Shown: positions 9,516-19,702, counted from the stretch's first letter. The stretch: DNA of 64,000 nucleotides from an uncultured Nitrososphaerota archaeon (GCA_963838925.1 CAWISW010000001.1:288001-352000); one strand, 5' to 3'. Notes: generated by a model from the sequence alone, not told the origin. Made by a program: numbers and translations.

Positions 9516-12500
9516 ATGTCAGAGCCTGGGTTCTCTTCGCTCTACGACTGGAGGGTGGTCGAGCCGAAGGTCAGGAAGTTCACCAAGGAGGCAGACCTCA
9601 TCAAGGAGATATCAAAGTCGATGGGGAGGAAGCGGAGGGTGGGCTACGTCGAAGGCCCGCCGACCCTCAACGGCGTCCCGCACATCGGGCACATCCGCGG
9701 CAGGATAATGAAGGACCTTTGGTTCCGCTACAGCACGCTCCTCCTCAAGGAGAACGTCGTCTTCCGCGCGGGGTGGGACTGCCAGGGGCTCCCGGTCGAG
9801 CTCCAGGCCGAGAAGGAGCTCGGGCTCTCGGGCAACAAGTGGGATGACCTCAAGCAGATAGGCGAGGAGAAGCTCGTAGAGGCCTGCAAGCGCCTCTTGG
9901 GCAAGTACCTGAAGTCCTGGGAGGACGCGGACGACCTCCTCGGCCTGCTCCTCGACCACTCGAAGGCCTACATGACCTACAAGGACGGCTACATCGAGAG
10001 GGAGTGGATGTTCCTCGAGCGGGCCTGGGAGAAGGGCATCCTCGGGGAGGGATTCAAGGTCGTCCCGTACTGCCCCAGCTGCATGACGTCGCTCAGCCAC
10101 GCGGAGGCGGTCCTCGGGTACGAGACCCTGGAGGACCCGAGCCTCTACTACAAGGTCAAGGCGTCGGACGGCAGCCTCCTGGTGATCTGGACGACCATGC
10201 CCTTCACCGTGGTCACGGACGAGATGGTCGGCGTAAAGCCCGACGCCAACTACGTCTACGTGAAGGTGGGCGGCGAGACCTGGGTCGTCGGGGAGGACAG
10301 GAAGGCTGCGCTCGCGAAGGAGCTCGGCCTGGAGTTCGGCGAGACCGTGAAGGTCGTCAAGGGCAAGGACCTCGACGGGCTCACCTACGCGCACCCCCTC
10401 CTGAAGATGATCCCCGGGCTCGACAAGCTCCACGCTCAGGGCAAGATACACAAGGTGGTCGCCGAGGAGTTCGTGGACACGGCCACGGGGACTGGGCTCG
10501 TCCACCTCTCGCCGGCCAACGGCGAGGAGGACTTTCTGGTCGCCACCCGGAGGGGAGTCCCGGTCTTCGCGCCCATCGACGACAGGGTGAGGTTCACTGA
10601 GGAGGCGGGCACGTTCGCGGGGCTCTACGTTAGGGACGCCGACAAGGTCGTCTCGAAGCTGCTCGCCGAGAGCGGGAACCTCGTAAACGAGGGCCGGCTC
10701 GAGCACGAGTATCCCACGTGCTGGAGGTCGGGGCACAGGCTCGTCTGGGTGGCGAGGCGCGAGTACTTCTACTGGATCGACCGGGTCAAGGACAGGCTCG
10801 TGGAGGCGGCCGAGAAGGTCGAGTACTACTTCGAGGCGCCGAGGAACAGGTTCATCGAGTTCCTGAAGCAGTCGCCGCCCTGGTGCATCTCCAGGGAGAG
10901 GGTGTGGGGGACGCCCCTCCCCATCTGGGTGTGCGCTGACTGCAAGGAGAAGGTGCCCGCCTTCTCGCGCCGAAGCATATTGGACAAGGCGAAGTCCCTC
11001 CCGGACGGCAAGGAGTTCGAGCTTCACAGGCCGTGGATAGACAGGGTCGTCCTCGAGTGCCCGAAGTGCGGAGGCGACTGCCGCAGGGAGCCGTTCGTGC
11101 TGGACACCTGGCACAACAGCGGCTCGGCGCCGCTCGCGGCCTTCACCGACGCCGAGAGGGCCGACCTCGTCCCGGTTGGACACCTGACCGAGGGGATCGA
11201 CCAGACCCGCGGCTGGGCGTACACCATGCTCGTCCTGAACGTCGTCTACGAGGAGAAGCCCGTCGCGCCGTACAAGGCCTTCCTCTTCCAGGGGCACGTC
11301 CTGGACGAGAAGGGGAGGAAGATGAGCAAGAGCCTCGGGAACGTCCTCGACGCCCACGAGATGCTCAACAACGGCTCCGTCGACCTGCTGCGCTATTACA
11401 TCATCTGGAAGAGCTCGCCGGTCGACGCGCTGAGCCTTGACACGAAGGAGATGACGGGAAGGCCCTACCAGGTGCTCAACACGCTGTACCACCTGCACGT
11501 CTACTTGCAGCAGAACGGGGAGCAGGACGGCTTCGACCCTCTCAAGCACACGGTGAAGTGGGCGGCGACAAGGAAGCTGCTCACGCAGGTGGACCTTTGG
11601 ATGCTCTACAACCTCCAACGGGCGGTCACTGCCGTCGGGGAGGCATATGGCGCGGGGAGGTACAACGAGGCCTGCAAAGAGCTCGAGCGCCAGATCGTCG
11701 AGGTGGTGAGCCAGGGATACGTGCGGATGGTGAGGAACGAGCTCTGGAGCGACACGCCCAAGGAGAAGCCTAGGAGGCTGGCGGTCTTCGCGGTGCTGGG
11801 GCACGCCCTCTCCACCGTGGACATGCTCCTCCACCCGGTCTCGCCCTTCCTCACGGAGTACCTCTACCAAGAGGTGTTCGGGGCGGGGAAATGGAGCCGG
11901 CCCCTCCTTCTCCAGGACCTCCCCAAGCTCGCCCTCCCCAAGACGGCGAAGGCCGAGAGCGAGGCGGCCGAGTTCGCCCTCATGGTGGAGGGTGCGTGCA
12001 ACTCGGCGAGGGAGAAGGCGAAGCTGAAGAGGCGGTGGCCTCTCAAGAGCATGGCGGTCTTCGTCCCCGCCGAGAGGGCCGCGAAGATGAAGCGGGCGCA
12101 GAGGCTGATCTCCCTCCTCTGCAACGTGAAGAAGGTCACCTTCGCGACGAAGGTCTCGTCGCTGCCGATCTCGGTCACGCTGACGCCGAACAGGTCGCAG
12201 ATCGGCGCCCACTTCAAGGAGAGGACCAACGACGTCCTCTCGCGGCTGAAGGTCCTCGAGGGGGACGCCGCATGGGAGGCCTACAGGACAGGGTCGCCCA
12301 TCAAGCTCACCACGGCCAAGGGAGACAAGGTAGACGTCCCCGTCTCCGCGATGGAGTTCAACTTCCGGGGGACCGGGGACTGGGAGGCAGCGGCCAGGGG
12401 TGAGACCATCGTCGCCATCGAGAAGGTGAGGGACGACAAGCTGATGGCCGAGGGCGTAGAGCGGGACGTCGCCAGGAGGATGCAGGCGCTCAGGAAGAAG

Positions 12501-12758
12501 CGCGGATACTCCCCCGCCACGGTGCTCGCGAAGGCCAGGGTCGCCGGGCTCGACGAGGAGACCATCGCGATGCTCTCGCCGCTGAAGAAGCACCTCGCGT
12601 TCCTCGTCCGCGTGAAGGAGGTCGAGGTCATGCAGGACCAGGCCGAAGGCGGGGAGTGGGAGGAGGACGAGCTCGACGGCAGGCCGATCTACCTCGACGT
12701 CTCGGGCGGCCTACTCGCCGGCAAGAAGGTGGCTGGCAAGCGAAGGCGGAAGGCCTGA
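9516..12758 (+). CDS. ileS: Isoleucine--tRNA ligase
   Basis: Motifs EGPP...PHIGH, GWDCQGLP, WTT, WCISRER, EGIDQTRGW, KMSKS. Confidence 0.96.
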   Translation: MSEPGFSSLYDWRVVEPKVRKFTKEADLIKEISKSMGRKRRVGYVEGPPTLNGVPHIGHIRGRIMKDLWFRYSTLLLKENVVFRAGWDCQGLPVELQAEKELGLSGNKWDDLKQIGEEKLVEACKRLLGKYLKSWEDADDLLGLLLDHSKAYMTYKDGYIEREWMFLERAWEKGILGEGFKVVPYCPSCMTSLSHAEAVLGYETLEDPSLYYKVKASDGSLLVIWTTMPFTVVTDEMVGVKPDANYVYVKVGGETWVVGEDRKAALAKELGLEFGETVKVVKGKDLDGLTYAHPLLKMIPGLDKLHAQGKIHKVVAEEFVDTATGTGLVHLSPANGEEDFLVATRRGVPVFAPIDDRVRFTEEAGTFAGLYVRDADKVVSKLLAESGNLVNEGRLEHEYPTCWRSGHRLVWVARREYFYWIDRVKDRLVEAAEKVEYYFEAPRNRFIEFLKQSPPWCISRERVWGTPLPIWVCADCKEKVPAFSRRSILDKAKSLPDGKEFELHRPWIDRVVLECPKCGGDCRREPFVLDTWHNSGSAPLAAFTDAERADLVPVGHLTEGIDQTRGWAYTMLVLNVVYEEKPVAPYKAFLFQGHVLDEKGRKMSKSLGNVLDAHEMLNNGSVDLLRYYIIWKSSPVDALSLDTKEMTGRPYQVLNTLYHLHVYLQQNGEQDGFDPLKHTVKWAATRKLLTQVDLWMLYNLQRAVTAVGEAYGAGRYNEACKELERQIVEVVSQGYVRMVRNELWSDTPKEKPRRLAVFAVLGHALSTVDMLLHPVSPFLTEYLYQEVFGAGKWSRPLLLQDLPKLALPKTAKAESEAAEFALMVEGACNSAREKAKLKRRWPLKSMAVFVPAERAAKMKRAQRLISLLCNVKKVTFATKVSSLPISVTLTPNRSQIGAHFKERTNDVLSRLKVLEGDAAWEAYRTGSPIKLTTAKGDKVDVPVSAMEFNFRGTGDWEAAARGETIVAIEKVRDDKLMAEGVERDVARRMQALRKKRGYSPATVLAKARVAGLDEETIAMLSPLKKHLAFLVRVKEVEVMQDQAEGGEWEEDELDGRPIYLDVSGGLLAGKKVAGKRRRKA

Positions 12759-13418
12759 CTCTACTATCTTCTTCGCGGCCCTCTCGACGTCGTACTCGAC
12801 CTGCCTGATCTCCAGCCCCACGCTCCCGCCCTCCGCGCTGAGTATCGCGAACGAGGCCCGGGTGTCGCCGTTGCGGGGCTGCCCCACCGCACCGGGGTTG
12901 AAGACCAGCCCGACCCCCTCTTCGCGCCATTCGAAGGCTTGGTGGGTGTGCCCGAGCGCAATCACGTCAGCTCCCACCTTCTTCAGGTAGTAGCCGAAGA
13001 GGTCAGAGTGCGTGGAGGGAAGGACGTACTCCCACATCGTGTCGTCCGGGGAGCCGTGCGCCATGTAGAGCCTCTTGCCTCCGATGTCGGCTCGGACCTC
13101 CTTCGGAAGCGACCCGAGAAACTCCCTGCTGTCGTCGGTGAGGTGCTTCGAGGTCCATATCGCCGCCATCGCCGCCCTGGGGTTGAAGTCGCCGACGTCT
13201 CCCTGGAGCGAGGCTTGGTCGTGGTTCCCCATGACGCAGGTCGCCCCGATTTCTCGAAGCACGCGGACCACCTCGTTGGGCGAGGCGCCGTACCCGACTA
13301 TGTCGCCGCAGCAGAAGACCTTGAGCTTCCCGACCTCGTCTAGGACTGCCTCGAGCGCCTCCAGGTTGGAGTGCACGTCGGAGACGAACGCGACCCGCGA
13401 TGCGCCCTTGCCCGGCAC
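12711..13418 (-). CDS. Calcineurin-like metallophosphoesterase (YfcE/MJ0912-like)
   Basis: Motifs SDVHSN, CGDIVGY, GNHD, HGSP, GHTH, NPGAVGQPR. Confidence 0.9.
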   Translation of the reverse strand: MPGKGASRVAFVSDVHSNLEALEAVLDEVGKLKVFCCGDIVGYGASPNEVVRVLREIGATCVMGNHDQASLQGDVGDFNPRAAMAAIWTSKHLTDDSREFLGSLPKEVRADIGGKRLYMAHGSPDDTMWEYVLPSTHSDLFGYYLKKVGADVIALGHTHQAFEWREEGVGLVFNPGAVGQPRNGDTRASFAILSAEGGSVGLEIRQVEYDVERAAKKIVESGLPPSLASHLLAGE

Positions 13419-13452
13419 TTTGTGCTCGGGGCCTGCACGTTCCGGTAGCTAT

Positions 13453-14754
13453 CTAAGATTTCGCCCGGGCGCCGGCGAACCGCCGCTGGATTATGCGGCT
13501 CCTGGTCTCGGGGAAGGCGGCCACCTGCAGGAGCTCGTTCGCCGTACCTGTCCTCTTGAGCATCCCTGCCAGCGCGAAGTACCAGGTCGAGCTCGGGACG
13601 GCTCCCTGGCTGTCAGGCATCTCGATCCTCGCGATCTTCGTTAGCGGGTCGTACTCGGTCGACGTCACATCCTCCCCCAGCTCCTCCCTCATCATCGCGA
13701 GCATGAACTTGACGGTCGTCTCGAACGGCTGGCGGGTCAGCTTGGAGGAGACCCTCGTCTCCAGGAGGCCGACGAGAGCATCGCCGATGCTCTCTATAGT
13801 GGCCTCGTCCTTCAAGACGCGCGCCACGGCCTCCACGAACAGGTCCTTCATCAGGAGCGGGTCCACGAAGAAGGGAAGGCCGTCGACCAGCTGCAGGGAC
13901 GAGATCGCCCTGCTGCTTGTCGCGTTCTTCCACAGCCCCTCGAAGAACTCGTCGCCTATCGCGCTCCTCAGCTCGCTGAGGACGATCTGGTACCCCCTCC
14001 CCGTCTGGCTGTTGACGATTATGAGCTCTGAGTTGTCGATGATGAAGATGCTCTTTGCGACGAAGTGTCTCCCGAACCTTAGCTTGAGCTTGGGCGATGA
14101 GAACGGGAACTCCGGGACGGTCTCCGTCAGCGATGAGACTATCCTCACCTCGGCGTCGTGCCTGCACGCGCTCTCGACCTCCTCGATGCACTCCTGGATG
14201 AGGTGGAGCCCCCAGTTGTCGACGATGCACTTCACCTCCTTCTCCGCCTTGAGTATCGACTCCTTGAGCTTCATGAGGAGGCTCTGCGAACCGAGGGAGA
14301 GGTACCTCTCCTCCATCACGTCCCCCGGGTTGATGTTCTTCTCCCTCACCTTCTTGAGGGCGACCATCGACTTCCTGAGCGTCCTCACCTTTCGCTCCCT
14401 CTCAACGAGGATCGACTGCAATACCTCGGGGGGCTGGGCCTCGAACCTCGAGGGCTTCCCGCCCTCGACCTCCCTGAGGAGGCCCTTCCTCGTGAGCTGC
14501 TGGGAGACCTGGTAGACCTTCGTCCTCGGGACGCCTGATGCGTATTGGATCTGGTTGACGGTGCAGGCGCCGTTGGAGAGGAGCGCGAAGTAGACCCTCG
14601 ACTCGTACTCGGTCAGGCCGAACCCCTGGAGCCCGACGACGAGCTCGCTGGAGTCGTCAGCGAGGGCCATTCCCCTTGATCCGTGATTAACTGCCATGCC
14701 ATTCACCGCGGTGACTGGTTGCTCGGTGACATTCCGCATAAGAAGACTGGTCAT
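13453..14754 (-). CDS. TrmB family transcriptional regulator
   Basis: The HTH region reads FGLTEYESRVYFALL...SGVPRTKVY, followed by an effector domain. The real start may be about 14670-14697. Confidence 0.85.
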   Translation of the reverse strand: MTSLLMRNVTEQPVTAVNGMAVNHGSRGMALADDSSELVVGLQGFGLTEYESRVYFALLSNGACTVNQIQYASGVPRTKVYQVSQQLTRKGLLREVEGGKPSRFEAQPPEVLQSILVERERKVRTLRKSMVALKKVREKNINPGDVMEERYLSLGSQSLLMKLKESILKAEKEVKCIVDNWGLHLIQECIEEVESACRHDAEVRIVSSLTETVPEFPFSSPKLKLRFGRHFVAKSIFIIDNSELIIVNSQTGRGYQIVLSELRSAIGDEFFEGLWKNATSSRAISSLQLVDGLPFFVDPLLMKDLFVEAVARVLKDEATIESIGDALVGLLETRVSSKLTRQPFETTVKFMLAMMREELGEDVTSTEYDPLTKIARIEMPDSQGAVPSSTWYFALAGMLKRTGTANELLQVAAFPETRSRIIQRRFAGARAKS

Positions 14755-14777
14755 GTAGAATGTACCAGCGAGTCAAT

Positions 14778-15425
14778 ATGTCCCAATTCGCAAGCAAGTG
14801 GGAGAAGTCAAACAGTCAAGGAATCACGTCACGAGTACGTGAGTCTGTCAAGAATCCGGGTCCCCTCAAGCCGAGGCTGGACCTGGCCGTAAGGCAGATT
14901 CAGGTGCAAGTCGCGAAACTCGATGCAACGTCGGCAAAGCTCAGGGAAAGAGACGCCTCGATCTTCAACAAGATCGTGTCATCTATCCAGAAGCATGACT
15001 CGCAGCATGCTTCGGTCTATGCGAACGAACTCGCAGAGATCAGGAAGATGAACAGGATGGTCACACAGGCCAAACTGGCTCTCGAGCAGATAACCCTGCG
15101 GCTGAACACGATCACCGAGCTGGGCGACATCGTCGTGACCCTCACCCCTGCAATGTCAGTGATTCGCAGCGTCAGGCAAGGGCTTGTCAGCGTACTTCCG
15201 GAGGCAGAAGGCGAGATCGGCGAGATATCAGGCCTGCTGAGCAGCATCCTAGTGGATGCGGGCACAGTCGGCGGATACCAGCTGAACTTCGAGGCTGCCA
15301 ACGAGGACGCCGAGAAAGTCCTAGCAGAGGCTGCAGCAGTCGCCGAGCAGAGGATGAAGGAGAAGTTCCCAGAGATTCCCTCTGGGCTCCCCTCGATGGA
15401 AAGCTCGACGGAAAGCACATCGTAA
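14778..15425 (+). CDS. cdvB: ESCRT-III/Snf7 family CdvB paralog (short form)
   Basis: Snf7 coiled coil ASVYANELAEIRKM...ALEQITLRLNTI, and EDAEKVLAEA. Confidence 0.88.
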   Translation: MSQFASKWEKSNSQGITSRVRESVKNPGPLKPRLDLAVRQIQVQVAKLDATSAKLRERDASIFNKIVSSIQKHDSQHASVYANELAEIRKMNRMVTQAKLALEQITLRLNTITELGDIVVTLTPAMSVIRSVRQGLVSVLPEAEGEIGEISGLLSSILVDAGTVGGYQLNFEAANEDAEKVLAEAAAVAEQRMKEKFPEIPSGLPSMESSTESTS

Positions 15426-15445
15426 AGGACTCAGGAATGGAAAAC

Positions 15446-15498
15446 GAGAGGGGTGCTCACCCGCTCAGGCGGGCGCATCCCCTCATCTCCTCTTTTTT
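15446..15498 (+). terminator. Stem-loop followed by a T-tract after the cdvB paralog
   Basis: gaggggtgc...cccgc-tcag-gcggg...gcatcccctc, then tcttttttag. Confidence 0.5.
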
Positions 15499-15717
15499 AG
15501 AATCTTAGGCTCGAAACCTTGGACCTGGTCCGAACAACTTGAAAACAACTAGAAACGAAGACGCGTCAGGGTCGAAGATTCGCGGCTTGTTCAGTCATTT
15601 GTTCTCTTTTGTTGACCAAAGGAATGATTACTTCGCATCGCCTTCACGCTCATGGATCGTGTCAGAGTCCTTGCTAGCGGGCGCAGTGGCTTCAGTGTCG
15701 GGGGTGCCATCCTGGTG

Positions 15718-16587
15718 ATGGCCTCGATGAGCCCGCTCCGGATATTCGGGAGAGGCAAGGGCGGGGGCGACTACAAGGGAAGGATAGCGATTGCCCTTCG
15801 AGAGATCGAGGCGCAGCGCAAGGAGCTCGACGGGCTGAAGGCCCGGCTCGCGGAGAGGAGGCAGAAGCTCTTCGAGACGACCGTCCGCGCCATCCAGGAG
15901 AAGAACCAGTCGAAGGCCGCGGTCTACGCCACCGAGCACGCGGAGGTCAGAAAGGTCTGCCGGGTGGTGGAGGCCAGCGAGCTCGCCCTCACTCAGGTTT
16001 CGTTGAGATTGCAGAGCATCACTGAGATCGGCGACGCGATGCTCCACATGGACACCGCGTTCAGGTCGCTGAAGCAGATCAGCAAGGAGATGCAGGGGGT
16101 AATCCCCGCGCTCGACGCGGCGTCGACCGACATCAACAGCACGCTCGTTGAGACCATGGCACAGATGGGGCAGATCTCCCCCAACATCAACATCGACATC
16201 AAGACGGAGAACTCCGAGGACCTCGTCGAGCAGGCGAAGAGGTACGCCGAGGAGCAGTCCGCCCGCCTCAGGGACAGCCTCAACATGATGCCCGGCAAGT
16301 TCGAGGAGCAGATCCTCCGCTCCTCTGAAGACCATACGCCGCTCCTTGCGACGGGCGACGACGAGGAGGAGGGCTTCGTGCTGGGCACCCTCTTCTCGGC
16401 CCCCAAGGACGAGAAGGTCGATTACGAGGTCCTGAGATACGCGGCGACCCACGAGGGCGCGCTCGACATCTCGAAGACGTCGCAGCAGCTCGGGATCCCG
16501 CAGGACCTCGTCGAGCAGTCGATGATACACCTGGTGGCACAGGGCAAGGTTAAACCGGCACCCTCTAGGAGCAACGAGTCGCGATGA
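15718..16587 (+). CDS. cdvB: ESCRT-III CdvB with C-terminal winged-helix-like domain
   Basis: Snf7 core (AAVYATEHAEVRK...LTQVSLRLQSI) and a C-terminal wH (GALDISKTSQQLGI...LVAQGKV). Its stop overlaps the cdvC start. Confidence 0.85.
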   Translation: MASMSPLRIFGRGKGGGDYKGRIAIALREIEAQRKELDGLKARLAERRQKLFETTVRAIQEKNQSKAAVYATEHAEVRKVCRVVEASELALTQVSLRLQSITEIGDAMLHMDTAFRSLKQISKEMQGVIPALDAASTDINSTLVETMAQMGQISPNINIDIKTENSEDLVEQAKRYAEEQSARLRDSLNMMPGKFEEQILRSSEDHTPLLATGDDEEEGFVLGTLFSAPKDEKVDYEVLRYAATHEGALDISKTSQQLGIPQDLVEQSMIHLVAQGKVKPAPSRSNESR

Positions 16588-17876
16588 GCGTAGTAGCAGC
16601 GAGAGAGCTGGAGGAGGATGCGAGGAAGTACGCGGGAGAGGCGATACGCCTCGACTCTCAGGGCGCCCACGGGATGGCGATCCAGAGCTACCAGAAGGCG
16701 ATCTCCACGCTGATCAAGCTCGTCAGGCTGTACCCGGACTACAAGCTCAACAGGCACTACATGGACAAGGCATCAATCTACCAAGAGCGCGTGAAGGCCA
16801 TCCAGCAGGCGCACGGGCTCGTCCCTCAGGACACGCCCCAGGAGGGCGCCAACTTCTCGATCATGGGGCCGAGCGGAAGCGGGAACGGGAGCGCGGGCCA
16901 GCGCGCAGAGTCGGATGCGCGGAGCCCGGCCACCGTGACGGTGGGCCACGACAGGGGTAACGGCAGCGGCGACAAGGGCCCGCAGATGGTCCCGCAGCTG
17001 AAGGCCTCCTTCAACGAGCTCGTCATCAAGGAGAAGCCGAACGTGAAGTGGGACGACGTGATCGGGCTCGACGACGCCAAGCGAGCGATCAGGGAGTCGA
17101 TCGTCTTCCCGTTCGAGAGGCCAGACCTTTTCCCTCTGGGATGGCCGCGCGGGATCCTCCTCTACGGCCCGCCGGGGTGCGGCAAGACCATGCTCGCGGC
17201 CGCCACCGCCGCGGAGATAGAGGGCTACTTCATCTCGATAGACGCCGCGTCGATAATGAGCAAGTGGCTCGGCGAGGCGGAGAAGAACGTCTCGAAGCTC
17301 TTCACCGAGGCGAGGAAGCTCCTGGACAAGGGCAGCCCCGTGATAATATTCATCGACGAGCTCGACTCCATCCTCGGGAGCAGGACGAACGAGGTGGGCG
17401 GCGAGACGAGGGTCAGGAACCAGTTCCTAAAGGAGATGGACGGCATCCAGGACAAGGGGAACGACGTCCACCTCTACACCGTGGGCGCGACGAACAAGCC
17501 GTGGTCGCTCGACTGGCCGTTCCTTCGCAGGTTCCAGAAGAGGATCTACATCCCGCTCCCGAACTTCGACGGAAGGATGTCGATGTTCAAGAGCTACACG
17601 GTTCCGATCAACGTCGACAGCAGCATCAGCCTCGAGGACCTTTCGCGGCTCTCCGACGGCTACTCGGGCTCCGACATACGCGACATCTGTCAGGGAGGAC
17701 AGATGCGCGTCGTCAGGGAGCTCTTCGAGACCGGGAAGGCGCTCGACAAGAGCGTCCAGCCCAGGCCGATCGTCATGTCGGACTTCAAGGAGATAATGAA
17801 GGCGCGCAAGCCCAGCGTCTCGCCTGAGATGCTCAGGGCGTACGCCAACTGGGCCGAGCAATACAAAGCTCTCTAA
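16584..17876 (+). CDS. cdvC: Vps4/CdvC AAA+ ATPase with MIT domain
   Basis: N-terminal MIT domain; GPPGCGKT, SKWLGEAEK, FIDELD, FLRRFQKRIYIPLP. Confidence 0.93.
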   Translation: MSVVAARELEEDARKYAGEAIRLDSQGAHGMAIQSYQKAISTLIKLVRLYPDYKLNRHYMDKASIYQERVKAIQQAHGLVPQDTPQEGANFSIMGPSGSGNGSAGQRAESDARSPATVTVGHDRGNGSGDKGPQMVPQLKASFNELVIKEKPNVKWDDVIGLDDAKRAIRESIVFPFERPDLFPLGWPRGILLYGPPGCGKTMLAAATAAEIEGYFISIDAASIMSKWLGEAEKNVSKLFTEARKLLDKGSPVIIFIDELDSILGSRTNEVGGETRVRNQFLKEMDGIQDKGNDVHLYTVGATNKPWSLDWPFLRRFQKRIYIPLPNFDGRMSMFKSYTVPINVDSSISLEDLSRLSDGYSGSDIRDICQGGQMRVVRELFETGKALDKSVQPRPIVMSDFKEIMKARKPSVSPEMLRAYANWAEQYKAL

Positions 17877-17911
17877 GATTCTTAAGGCGCTGAAAGGGGG
17901 ACCGGGGCGCC

Positions 17912-19224
17912 TTGGACGAGACTCCCGCACCCGAAGAGATAGCGAAGAAGCTCGGCGAGAAGGTCACCGTCAGCGGGTGGGTCCACGACGTCAGGCTCCT
18001 CGGCGGCATCAGCTTCATCCTCGTCAGGAACAGCGAGGGCATGGTCCAGGTCACTGCGCCGAGAAAGGCCGTCTCCAAGGAGGTCATGGACCAAGTCTCC
18101 GCCCTCCACCCTGAGGACGTCGTCCGCTGCACGGGCACCGTCAAGGAGGCGAAGGTCGCCAAGAACGGCTTCGAGATAATCCCAGACAAGGTCGAAGTGA
18201 TATGCGCGGCAGCCACCCCGCTGCCCCTCGACCCCAGGGGCGTCACCGACGCCAACATCGACACCCGGCTCAACTGGAGGACTCTCGACCTGAGGAGGCC
18301 CAGGTCCAGGCGATCTTCCGAGTCCAGGACGCCCTCATCGAAGGGATGGAGGCTCACCTGCGCGCGGCCGGGTTCTTGCGCATATTCACCCCGAGCATCC
18401 TAGGCGGCGTCTCCGAGGGAGGCGCCGAGGTGTTCAAGACCGACTACTACGGAAGGCCGGCCTTCCTGAGGCAGGACCCGCAGCTGCACAGGCAGCTCGC
18501 GATCGCCGGCGGCCTGGGGAACGTCTACGACCTGGGACCGAGCTGGAGGGCGGAGCTATCGCACACGCCGAGGCACATGAGCGAGCACAGGACGATCGCT
18601 CCAGAGCTCTCTTTCATCCAGGACGAGAGGGACACCATGCGGGTCGAGGAGGCGATGCTCGTCAGCGGCATCAAGAATGCCAAAGAGAAGTGCCGCAGCG
18701 AGCTCAACGTCCTCCATCTGGAGCTAGAGGAGCCGCGCACCCCGTTCCCCGAGCTCGCCTTCCCTGAGCTTTACGAGACACTGAAGAAGCTAGGCCACGC
18801 CCTCCCCCGTGACAAGGATCTCGACAGGGAGTCAGAGAAGCTCCTGTCCGAGTTCGTCAAGAAGGAATATGGCTCAGACTACTTCTTCGTCAACCGCTTC
18901 CCCTCCTCGGTCAAGCCCTTCTACGTGATGCGCGTCGACTCGGAGCCCGAGTTCGCCCGCTCCGTGGACCTCGTGTACAAGGCGCTCGAGCTCTCGTCGG
19001 GAGGGCAGAGGGAGAACCGGCACGACAAGGTGGTGGAGCAGATATCCCAGAAGGGCCTCGACCTCCAGGGGCTCATGTGGTTCACAGAGCCGTTCAGGTA
19101 CGGCGTGCCGCCGCACGGCGGGTTCTCGCTGGGGATCGAGAGGCTCACGGCGTCGCTGCTGGGCATCGAGAACATCAAGGAGGCCGCGCTCTTCCCGAGG
19201 GACCCCGAGCGACTCCAGCCCTAG
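17912..19224 (+). CDS. aspS: Aspartate--tRNA ligase, split by a 1-nt frameshift at about 18300
   Basis: The OB domain (GWVHDVRLLGG...DLRRP) is in one frame and the catalytic domain (VQAIFR...GGFSLGIER...FPRD) in the -1 frame. May be an assembly error. Confidence 0.85.
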
Positions 19225-19249
19225 GGGAGACGGCGGACGCCCGACGCGC

Positions 19250-19600
19250 CTAGCCCTGGCTTTCCTCAGCCCATTCCTGGAGCTCGGAGAGAGGGAACTC
19301 CTCTCCGACAAAGTCCTCGTCCGCGTTCCTTCCCACGCTCTCTACGCGGATGTCCCTCTGGATCGGCGTCTTTGTGACGGTCACCGGCGGGGCAAGAGCG
19401 GACACCGTAAGGTCTGGTGGGGTGGACAGCACGGAGTTGCAGCTCGCGCAACGGAAGTACCATCTCTCCAGCGCCATCGAGTCCACCGCCATGGCCGTCT
19501 CCCAGAGGGCGGGGGACTTGCACAGCGGGCAGTTCGGCAGGTTCCTGTCGATCCAGTTCTGGGAGACGGTCCCTTGACCGGGGAGTCGTTTGAATTCCAC
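19250..19600 (-). CDS. Small zinc-ribbon hypothetical protein
   Basis: CPLC...CASC pairs. The start is uncertain; GTG 19600 was chosen. Confidence 0.55.
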   Translation of the reverse strand: MEFKRLPGQGTVSQNWIDRNLPNCPLCKSPALWETAMAVDSMALERWYFRCASCNSVLSTPPDLTVSALAPPVTVTKTPIQRDIRVESVGRNADEDFVGEEFPLSELQEWAEESQG

Positions 19601-19702
19601 GGTGCGCCGCGGCGGGCCGGCGTTTCTAAATCTTGTCATGGCCTCCCGGATCTGAAGCAAGGCGGACGCGTCCCCGCCACCGTCGATTACGAGGGCGCCG
19701 AC

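Noticed and set aside
9612-12593. 993-aa antisense ORF, and similar long shadow ORFs (32218-34281, 37729-39705, 42921-44546)
   Set aside because: These are antisense or alternate-frame shadows of well-supported genes, expected from high GC3. They carry no protein motifs.
12711-12758. 48-bp 3' overlap of ileS and the phosphoesterase gene
   Set aside because: Convergent tail overlaps are common in compact archaeal genomes.
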